Origin: Propionibacterium ruminifibrarum
GTDB taxonomy: Bacteria > Actinomycetota > Actinomycetes > Propionibacteriales > Propionibacteriaceae
Direction of reading: 5' to 3'
DNA length: 32,000 nucleotides
Assembly (NCBI RefSeq): GCF_900289195.1
Contig: NZ_OMOH01000008.1
Location: 30,001 to 62,000 of the forward strand
A program made the position numbers and the translations under genes. Under the pieces are notes generated by a model. That model was not told where the DNA came from, searched no databases, and saw only the letters and a program-made list of their open reading frames with translations. Positions 1 to 6,953 of the stretch are shown here, piece after piece. Position 1 is the first letter of the stretch; every line of letters starts with the position of its first letter.

Positions 1-1108
1 CGCGAAGGCGGTCGAGGACGCGGTCTTCGGCTACGGGCGCATGCAGCCGGTCTTCGACATCCCCGACGCCGAGAACATCGAGATTCACGGTTTCGACAAC
101 GTCGTCGCCCAGTTCGGTGACGGGAGCCGCCGCGAGCTGGAGCCGGTGGCCGACTCGGACGAGGAACTCGTCGCGGCAGTGCGTTTCCTCGGGGAGAACG
201 CACACCCGCCCCGGCCGTTCGACGACGCGCACCCGACGATCACCGTGGCGATCGGCGACCGCTTCAGACTGCACGCCGTCGGGTTCGGGCTGGCGGACCG
301 GCCCTCGGTCATCATCCGCCAGCACCTGCTCACCGACATCGGTCTCGGGCAACTGGCGGCCGGCGGACTCATGCCCCGCGAGGTCGCCGACCTGCTGCGC
401 CGTGCGGTCCTGGCCCGCCTGTCGATCGTCATCTCGGGCGACCAGGGCGCCGGGAAGACGACCCTGCTGAGGGCGCTCGTCGACGCGATCCCGGACACCG
501 AGCGCTTCGGCACCCTCGAAACCGACTACGAGCTGCTCACCCACCTGCAGCCACGCCGGCGCAACATGGTGGCGCTCCAGGCAACGATCGGGCTCGGCGA
601 GGTGGTCGACGGCCGCCGCATCGGCGAGTACACGGTGGCCGACCTGATCCCCGAGGCCCTGCGCCAGAACCTCACCCGGCTGGTCGTCGGCGAGGTGCGC
701 GGCAACGAGGCGGGCGCGATGGTGCAGGCGATGCAGTCGGGTGCGGGCGCCCTCACGACGACGCACTCCCACTCGGCTGCGGCGACGATGGACCGGCTGG
801 CGGCAAGGGTCGCCGCCGGCGGAGTGCTGCGCCTCGACGAGGCCTACCGCCAGATCGCCCACAACATCCGCCTGCTCGTTCATGTCCAGCTGCTGGACGA
901 GAGCTGGCGCGGCGGCGGAAGGCGCCGGTTCATCAGCGAGATCCGTGCCCTGACGGGCGCGGTCGAGAACGACCGCCCGGTGACGCACCTGGTGTACCGG
1001 ACCGACCGCACCGGTGTCCCCACGGTCTTCGACCCCGGTGAGGAACTGCTCGCCGAGCTGGAACCCTTCACCGACACGAGGCCCGCCGGCGACCGGGGGC
1101 TGCCATGA
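1..1108 (+). CDS. tadA: Tad/Flp pilus assembly ATPase, TadA/CpaF family (5' end outside window)
   Basis: The reading frame is open from base 2 (AKAVEDAVFGYGRMQPVFD...), so the true start lies upstream. Walker A is GDQGAGKTTLLRAL, a Walker B-like element is RLVVGEVRG, and a His-box-like element is TTTHSHSA. The stop overlaps the next start (ATGA at 1105-1108). Confidence 0.9.
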   Translation, partial: AKAVEDAVFGYGRMQPVFDIPDAENIEIHGFDNVVAQFGDGSRRELEPVADSDEELVAAVRFLGENAHPPRPFDDAHPTITVAIGDRFRLHAVGFGLADRPSVIIRQHLLTDIGLGQLAAGGLMPREVADLLRRAVLARLSIVISGDQGAGKTTLLRALVDAIPDTERFGTLETDYELLTHLQPRRRNMVALQATIGLGEVVDGRRIGEYTVADLIPEALRQNLTRLVVGEVRGNEAGAMVQAMQSGAGALTTTHSHSAAATMDRLAARVAAGGVLRLDEAYRQIAHNIRLLVHVQLLDESWRGGGRRRFISEIRALTGAVENDRPVTHLVYRTDRTGVPTVFDPGEELLAELEPFTDTRPAGDRGLP

Positions 1109-2001
1109 GCCCGCTCGCCGCGGCCTCCGCCGCACTGCTGGTCATGGGCGTGGCCACGGCCGCCCGGGGCGCCCTCCCGGCGGCTCGTGTCGGCCCGCCC
1201 GCGCAACAGAACCGCTTGTCCACAGCATTGTCAACAGGGCTGTGGACACGGTGCGTGTCATGGTGGACAACGTCCTCGCGGGCGCGCCGGCTCCAGGTGA
1301 TCGCTGCCGGTGGCTGCGGGCTCGCCGGTTTCGCACTCACCCGCCAGCCGCTGGTCCTGGCCGGCCTGCCGGCCCTCGTCATCGTGCTCCCGCCGCTGCT
1401 GTCCGCCCCGGCGAACCGGGACGTCGCCGTCCTCGAGGCACTCGACCGGTGGGTCCGCCTGCTGATCGGGTCGGTGTCGACGGGCAAGTCGACGGCCGAC
1501 GCGATCCGCGCCACCCGCGCCCAGCTGCCCCCGCTGCTCCGCGCGCCGGTGGACGCGGTGATCGCCAGGCTGGATGCGCGCTGGACGCTGGACGAGGCGT
1601 TGCGCGCCATGGCCGACGACCTGGACAGCCCCGACGCCGATGCCGTGGTCGCCGCCCTCATCGTCGCCGCCCGGCGCGGCGGCGTCGGCTCGACCGATGC
1701 ACTGCGCGCCCTCGGCCAGCACACCCGCCGGCGCCTGGCCGCGCTGCGCGAGATCGAGGCGGAACGGGCGAAACCGCGGGTCGTCGTGCGCCAGGTCACG
1801 GCCATCACCGTGACCGTGCTGGCCGGTGTGGCGCTGGTGAACCCGGGCTACCTGGCGCCCTACGGGAGCGGAGCCGGGCAACTCGTCGGCGCGCTGCTGC
1901 TGGCCGCCTACCTGGCCTCGCTCCTCATGCTGCGCGTGGTGGCCCGTCCCCGGCGCCGTGAACGCATCCTGCAGTCGGCGGGTGGTCGCCGTGGTCGTTG
2001 A
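1105..2001 (+). CDS. tadB: TadB-like type II secretion system F-family inner-membrane protein
   Basis: 298-aa ORF coupled to tadA by an ATGA overlap. It has an N-terminal hydrophobic helix, a central soluble T2SS-F-like region (DRWVRLLIGSVSTGKS...DEALRAMADDL) and C-terminal TM helices. Its position is the usual one after tadA. Confidence 0.8.
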   Translation: MSPLAAASAALLVMGVATAARGALPAARVGPPAQQNRLSTALSTGLWTRCVSWWTTSSRARRLQVIAAGGCGLAGFALTRQPLVLAGLPALVIVLPPLLSAPANRDVAVLEALDRWVRLLIGSVSTGKSTADAIRATRAQLPPLLRAPVDAVIARLDARWTLDEALRAMADDLDSPDADAVVAALIVAARRGGVGSTDALRALGQHTRRRLAALREIEAERAKPRVVVRQVTAITVTVLAGVALVNPGYLAPYGSGAGQLVGALLLAAYLASLLMLRVVARPRRRERILQSAGGRRGR

Positions 2002-2896
2002 GCCCCTCGTCGTCGCCGCCATGGCCGGTCTGTTCCTCGGGGCCGGGCTCTTCTGGGTGCTGCTCGGCTCGTGCCGGCGGACCGTGCGCATGAGCGACGC
2101 CTTCGCCATTCTCGACGGGGGCGCCGAGCAGGCACCGGCCCCGGCCGACCTCGTGCACGACGCGGACAGCTCCCTGGAACGGCTGGGGGCGCGGGCCTAC
2201 ACGCACCTGCACATCCCGCTGGGGGCCCGGACCATCGGCCTGCTGGGGCTGCATGACCGCTCGATCGGTGACTTCGTGGCGGAGAAGATCGTGCTCGCCC
2301 TCGCCGGCCTGGCCACCCCGGCGCTGCTCGTCGCGCTCAGCGCCCTCATGGGAGCCCCCCTGCCGGCTCCGACGGGTGGGCTCTCGGTCGTCGCGGCGGT
2401 CGCCGGCTGGTACTGGCCGGACCTGGCGCTGCGCCGGGGCGCCGACCGCATCCGCTACGACGCCGACGAGGCACTGCTCACCCTGTTCGACCTGGTGCTG
2501 CTGGAACGCATGTCGAACCGTTCGGGCGCCCAGGCCCTCGAGGCCGCCGCCGCTGTCTCGGCCACACCCCTGTTCAGGCGGGTGCGCGGCGTCCTGGCGC
2601 AGGCGACCCTGGAGCAGCGGGCCCCGTGGTCGGGGCTGCGCGCCCTGGCCGGGGAGCTGAGGCTTCCGGCGCTGGGCGACCTGGCCGACATCATGCAGCT
2701 CGACGAGCAGGGCGCCGCACTCACCGAACCCCTGGCGGCCCGCGCCGAGGAGCTGCGCGACGCCCACCTGGCCGCCGAACGCACGAGGGCCCAGGAGACC
2801 AGCGAACGCATGACCGTCTGGATGGCGCTGCCGGTCATGATCTTCGGCCTGGCCTTCATCGCACCACCCCTGCTCAGGCTCGCCGGCCTGGCCTGA
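1958..2896 (+). CDS. tadC: TadC-like type II secretion system F-family inner-membrane protein (start ambiguous)
   Basis: ORF with N-terminal TM helices, a soluble helical region and a C-terminal TM (MTVWMALPVMIFGLAFIAPPLL). In-frame start candidates are GTG 1958, GTG 1982, GTG 1991 and ATG 2021. All but ATG 2021 overlap the tadB stop at 2001. Confidence 0.75.
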   Translation: MNASCSRRVVAVVVEPLVVAAMAGLFLGAGLFWVLLGSCRRTVRMSDAFAILDGGAEQAPAPADLVHDADSSLERLGARAYTHLHIPLGARTIGLLGLHDRSIGDFVAEKIVLALAGLATPALLVALSALMGAPLPAPTGGLSVVAAVAGWYWPDLALRRGADRIRYDADEALLTLFDLVLLERMSNRSGAQALEAAAAVSATPLFRRVRGVLAQATLEQRAPWSGLRALAGELRLPALGDLADIMQLDEQGAALTEPLAARAEELRDAHLAAERTRAQETSERMTVWMALPVMIFGLAFIAPPLLRLAGLA

Positions 2897-2955
2897 CCCA
2901 CCCGCCCGGTCCGAGCCACGACGTCCCCGGACCGTCCCACCAGAAGGAGAGCACC

Positions 2956-3162
2956 ATGAAACAACGACTCCCGGCATCCCTGTCACGCGCCGTGATGCTG
3001 CTCGTCGGCGTCCTCACCTGCCCGGCCCCGGCCCCCGGTCGGGACGAGCGGGGCCTGTCGCAGTCCACCGAGAACGCCGTCCTGCTGGCCGGTGCGGTGG
3101 CCGTCGCCGGTGTCGTCGTGGCCGCCGTCCGCGCCTACGTCACGGCGCACATGCCCACGTGA
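2956..3162 (+). CDS. flp: Flp-like type IVb prepilin (68 aa)
   Basis: ATG 2956 sits 6 nt after a strong RBS (GAAGGAG). The small protein has a DERG|LSQSTEN motif followed by a hydrophobic helix (AVLLAGAVAVAGVVVAAV), resembling the Flp G/XXXXEY processing site. It lies between tadC and the tadE-like genes. Confidence 0.55.
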   Translation: MKQRLPASLSRAVMLLVGVLTCPAPAPGRDERGLSQSTENAVLLAGAVAVAGVVVAAVRAYVTAHMPT

Positions 3163-3542
3163 GGCGGGCGGCCGTGAACCGCCGGACGGACCGCCACGAC
3201 GAGCGGGGGCTCAGCCAGTCGGCCCAGTGGGCCGTCCTGGCCCCCGTGGTGATGCTCACGCTGCTCGGCGTCATCGACGCGGGCATCTGGCTGCACGCCC
3301 GCAGCACCGTTCAGCAGGCGGCGATGACGGCGGCCGAGAGCCAGGCCCTGGCCGGGCAGGACCTCGGCCAGGCCGAGCGGATCGCCCGGTCGATGACCGG
3401 CGAACTGGCCGAGGTGGCCGTGACGGTCGAGACCGGCACGGGCCGGGTCACCGTGAACGTCGAGGCGCGTGTGCCGCTCGCCCTCGACCTCGGACTGGCA
3501 CGTGTCGGGGCGAGTGCGACGCGGGCGACGGAGCACGGCTGA
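3159..3542 (+). CDS. TadE-like pseudopilin / pilus assembly protein
   Basis: The GTG start overlaps the flp stop (GTGA at 3159-3162). The N-terminus DERGLSQSAQWAVLAPVVMLTLLGVIDAG matches the TadE N-terminal pattern of ERG plus a hydrophobic helix. Confidence 0.65.
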   Translation: MRRAAVNRRTDRHDERGLSQSAQWAVLAPVVMLTLLGVIDAGIWLHARSTVQQAAMTAAESQALAGQDLGQAERIARSMTGELAEVAVTVETGTGRVTVNVEARVPLALDLGLARVGASATRATEHG

Positions 3543-3582
3543 GCCCACCGCGCCCACGACGAGAGCCATCGAGGGAGGAACG

Positions 3583-4071
3583 ATGAGCCAGCAACACGCA
3601 GCAGGGGCACCGCCCCAGCGCTCGGGCGGAGCCCGGCGGCACCGCCCGAGCCGAGCGGGCGATGAGCGGGGATCGGCGAGCCTTGAGCTGGTCGTGGTCG
3701 TGCCCGCCGCCGTCCTCGTCATCGCCCTGGTCACGGCCGGATGGCGGCTGTGGTCGGTGCGCTCGCAGGTGCGTGAGGCGGCCGCCGCCGGGGCGCGCGC
3801 CGCGAGCCTGGCGCGCAGCGCGGCCGAGGCCGAGCTGTCGGCGGCAGCGGTGGTCGACTCCGACCTGGCGACCATGCGGAGCATCTGCACGAGCCCGGTG
3901 GTCCACGTCGACGCCTCGGCCTTCTCGGCCCCGACCGGCGACGGCGACGTCACCGTCGACGTCTCGTGCCAGGTGCCGTTCACCGACCTCCTGGTCCCCA
4001 TGCCCGGTGCGCTGACCGTGGAGGGGCGCGCCGGCTCCCGACTCGACAGCTACAGGGGGCGGCAGCCATGA
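3583..4071 (+). CDS. TadE/TadF-like pseudopilin / pilus assembly protein
   Basis: ATG 3583 follows the RBS GGAGG. The N-terminal region GDERGSASLELVVVVPAAVLVIALV is a TadE-type motif with Glu at +5 after the Gly. The stop overlaps the next start (ATGA). Confidence 0.65.
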   Translation: MSQQHAAGAPPQRSGGARRHRPSRAGDERGSASLELVVVVPAAVLVIALVTAGWRLWSVRSQVREAAAAGARAASLARSAAEAELSAAAVVDSDLATMRSICTSPVVHVDASAFSAPTGDGDVTVDVSCQVPFTDLLVPMPGALTVEGRAGSRLDSYRGRQP

Positions 4072-6926
4072 GAAGACTCCTCGCGAGGGCCACGGCACTC
4101 ATCATCCTCGTCGCGCTCGTCCCGGGCGGGGCGTGGGCGCTCGCCCGATGGGGGCGGCTCGACCTGCTCGGCCGGATCCGGTGGACCCGGCTGTTCTCGC
4201 ACCCCGACGACGGATCGCTCGTCCTCGTCGCCCTCACCGTGCTCGGCTGGCTGGCCTGGCTGCTCCTGCTCGCCTCCCTCGTCTCAGAGACGATCCGGGT
4301 GATCACGCGCGGCGCGGTACGGATCGACCTGCCGGGTGCCCGGCTGTTCGCGCCGCTGGCCGCCGTACTCGTCGCCTCCATCGCCGGTCTCGTCACCCTC
4401 GCGCACCCGGCGCCGGGCCATACCGGCCCAGGCGGGCCGGTGGCGGACCCGCCCGCCGCGGCGCCGGGGAACCGGCCCGCCGAATCGGGCGGGGCCCCTG
4501 CCGCAGCCGCGCCCGCCCGGGAGGCTCTGCTGCACACGGTGGCCGACGGCGACGACCTGTGGACCCTGGCCGAGCGCTACTACGGCAACGGCGCGGACTG
4601 GCGGCGCATCGTCGAGGCGAACCAGGGCACCGTCCTCACACCCCTCGACCGGCTCCAGCCGGGCACGACGCTCGAGATCCCGGACCCGGCCGACGCCGAC
4701 GACCGCGCCCGGCCCGCCGTCGGGAGGACCGCCGCCCAGCAGTTCTCCCACCGCGTCGACGACCCCGACGCGGCGACGGGGGACGGCACGTACGCCGTCG
4801 AGGTGGACGAGGGCGACAGCATGTGGGCCATCGCCCGTGAGGAACTGGGTGACGGCGCCGAATGGCCGCGCATCGCCGACCTGAACCGGGCCGACGTCCC
4901 CGACCCGTCGCTCATCCACCCGGGCCAGGTGCTCGCCGTCCCCGACGACCGGGGCGGCAGCGCCCGTCCCACCCAGGGCGACCGGGGCGGACAGCCGGAC
5001 GAGGACCCGGCCCGCCGGTCCGGGCAGGCACCGCCCCCCGCCCGCGGCGGCGTCCCCGATGGCACGTCGGCAGAGGGCACCCGTCCGGGCGACGGCGCCA
5101 CGCCCGTCGCCCCGGCCGGTGCGACGGGCCACCAGGACGGCGCTGCCGGCGTCGACCGGCCAGACGGCGTCCCCGAGCCAGACGACCCCGCCCGACCGCT
5201 CGCCGACGAGCAGGCGGTGTCCGACCAGCTGCTGCGGACCGTCGGCCCGATCGGGGCGACGACCGCCGCCGTGGTCCTCATGACGCTGGCCGTCCGGCGT
5301 CGCTGGCAGCTCAACGCCCGACCGGTCGGCCGGCGCTGCCCCCAGATCGGTGAGCGCGGGCGCCGCGCCGAGGCTGCCCTGGCCGCTGTCGCGTCCAGGT
5401 CCGGTCCCGCGCCGGCGCCGGCCACCGACCAGGAGGACCCGGCCGGCCCCACGAGCCATGCCGCGGCCGGCCCCGGTGGCGGCTCCGTGCCGGTGCTGCT
5501 CGGCTCGGCGGACGGCACCCCGGTGCACGTCGACCTGATGGCCCGTGGCGTGCTGACCGTCGATGCCGCGCACGCCGATCTCGCGGACGGCCTGCGGGCC
5601 GGGCTGGCCATCCAGCTGGCCGACGAGTCGGCTCCCGCGGTGCAGGTGCGGGCCGGCCCCGGCTGCGCCTGGCTCTCGTGCCTGGACAGCCCGCGGATCG
5701 TGACGGCGCAGGACCGGACGCGGCTGCGACGCGACGCGGCGCGTCTCGTCGCCGAACGCACCGCGGCACTGTCCGGCGGCGAGAACGACACCGTACCCGG
5801 ACCGGTGGGCGACCCCGGTACGGGCGAGGCGTGGGAGCCGGTCGTCCTGCTGCTCGACGAGCCCTGCCCGTTCGGCGCCGACGAGCTCACCCGGATCGGG
5901 GTCTGCGCCGTCGCCCCGCCCCTCCCCGGCGAGCGGGCAGCCCTCGAGCTGGGCGAGCACCGGGCCGGTCTCGACGGCCTCGAGTTCGCCCCGGAACTCG
6001 TCATGGCTCCGGCTCGCCGCGGCATCGAGGACCTCCTCGAGACGGCCGACAGCACTGATTACACGAAGGCCTGGTGGTGGACCACCGACACCGACCTCCC
6101 CGACGACATCGTGCCCCTGCGCAACAGGGGTACCGCACCCGCGCCCAGCCAGGAGTCCACCGTGCCGCCCGCCACCAGCCCGACAGCCCACACAGCCCGT
6201 ACCCCGTTCCTGCGTCTGCTCGGGCCCGTCGAGCTGTCGGGCGCGCAGGGCCGGCGCCCGGCCCGGGCCGTGCGTCAGTGCCTGGAGTACTGCGCCTGGA
6301 TCCTGGCGCACCCGGCCGGCACCGCGGTCCAGATGACCCGCGAGCTCCTCGTGGCCGACACGACCCGGCGCTCCAACATGTCACGCCTGCGGGCCTGGCT
6401 GGGCTCGGACGAGGACGGCGAGCCGTACCTGCCCGACGCCTACAGCGGCCACATCAGCCTGCACCCGCAGGTGACCTCGGACTGGGAGCAGCTGCAGCTG
6501 CTCGTCACGCCGGGCGTCAACCGGGTGAGCGACACGGCGCTGGAGCAGGGGCTGGCGCTGGTGCGGGGCGCCCCGCTGGCCGACGCCGCGCCGGGCGAGT
6601 GGGCGTGGGCCGAGCAGATGCGCCTCGACATGATCTCGACGATCCGTGACATCGGCGTCGAACTGGCCGGCCGCCGGCTCGGCCGCGGCGAGTACGAGCA
6701 GGCCGGCCACGCCGCACGCACGGCCCTGGCCGCAGCGCCCGGCGACGAGCAGCTCATGGGGATGCTGCTGCGCGCCGAGCACCTGGCCGGCAACCGGCCC
6801 GAGGCCGAACGCCTCGTCCTGCAGATCACCAGGACGGCCCGGCAGACCAGCACCGACCTCACCGACGAGACCGTCGCCCTGCTGCAGGAGGTGATGGAGG
6901 GCCGCCGGAGGGCCCGCCTGGCCTGA
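4068..6926 (+). CDS. Membrane protein with two LysM domains and a C-terminal SARP-like winged-helix + BTAD domain
   Basis: ATG 4068 overlaps the previous stop. There are three N-terminal hydrophobic helices. LysM-like repeats lie at 4533-4682 (HTVADGDDLWTLAERYYGNGADWRRIVEAN...LQPGTTLEIP) and 4791-4943 (YAVEVDEGDSMWAIAREELGDGAEWPRIADLN...IHPGQVLAVP). A Pro/Gly-rich linker and a 4th helix (GPIGATTAAVVLMTLAVRRRW) follow. The C-terminus (6207-6923) reads FLRLLGPVELSG...MSRLRAWLG then DWEQLQLL...GEYEQAGHAARTALAAAPGDEQLMGMLLRAEHLAGNRPEAERL, typical of AfsR/DnrI-type wHTH + BTAD. Confidence 0.75.
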   Translation: MRRLLARATALIILVALVPGGAWALARWGRLDLLGRIRWTRLFSHPDDGSLVLVALTVLGWLAWLLLLASLVSETIRVITRGAVRIDLPGARLFAPLAAVLVASIAGLVTLAHPAPGHTGPGGPVADPPAAAPGNRPAESGGAPAAAAPAREALLHTVADGDDLWTLAERYYGNGADWRRIVEANQGTVLTPLDRLQPGTTLEIPDPADADDRARPAVGRTAAQQFSHRVDDPDAATGDGTYAVEVDEGDSMWAIAREELGDGAEWPRIADLNRADVPDPSLIHPGQVLAVPDDRGGSARPTQGDRGGQPDEDPARRSGQAPPPARGGVPDGTSAEGTRPGDGATPVAPAGATGHQDGAAGVDRPDGVPEPDDPARPLADEQAVSDQLLRTVGPIGATTAAVVLMTLAVRRRWQLNARPVGRRCPQIGERGRRAEAALAAVASRSGPAPAPATDQEDPAGPTSHAAAGPGGGSVPVLLGSADGTPVHVDLMARGVLTVDAAHADLADGLRAGLAIQLADESAPAVQVRAGPGCAWLSCLDSPRIVTAQDRTRLRRDAARLVAERTAALSGGENDTVPGPVGDPGTGEAWEPVVLLLDEPCPFGADELTRIGVCAVAPPLPGERAALELGEHRAGLDGLEFAPELVMAPARRGIEDLLETADSTDYTKAWWWTTDTDLPDDIVPLRNRGTAPAPSQESTVPPATSPTAHTARTPFLRLLGPVELSGAQGRRPARAVRQCLEYCAWILAHPAGTAVQMTRELLVADTTRRSNMSRLRAWLGSDEDGEPYLPDAYSGHISLHPQVTSDWEQLQLLVTPGVNRVSDTALEQGLALVRGAPLADAAPGEWAWAEQMRLDMISTIRDIGVELAGRRLGRGEYEQAGHAARTALAAAPGDEQLMGMLLRAEHLAGNRPEAERLVLQITRTARQTSTDLTDETVALLQEVMEGRRRARLA

Positions 6927-6953
6927 GCGCCGCCGGAGGGTGACGGCGGGGTG

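Noticed and set aside
6927-6953. Bidirectional terminator in the 27-bp gap between the convergent LysM-BTAD and pfk genes.
   Set aside because: Only a 5-bp stem (CCGCC/GGCGG) with a 10-nt loop can form, which is too weak to call.
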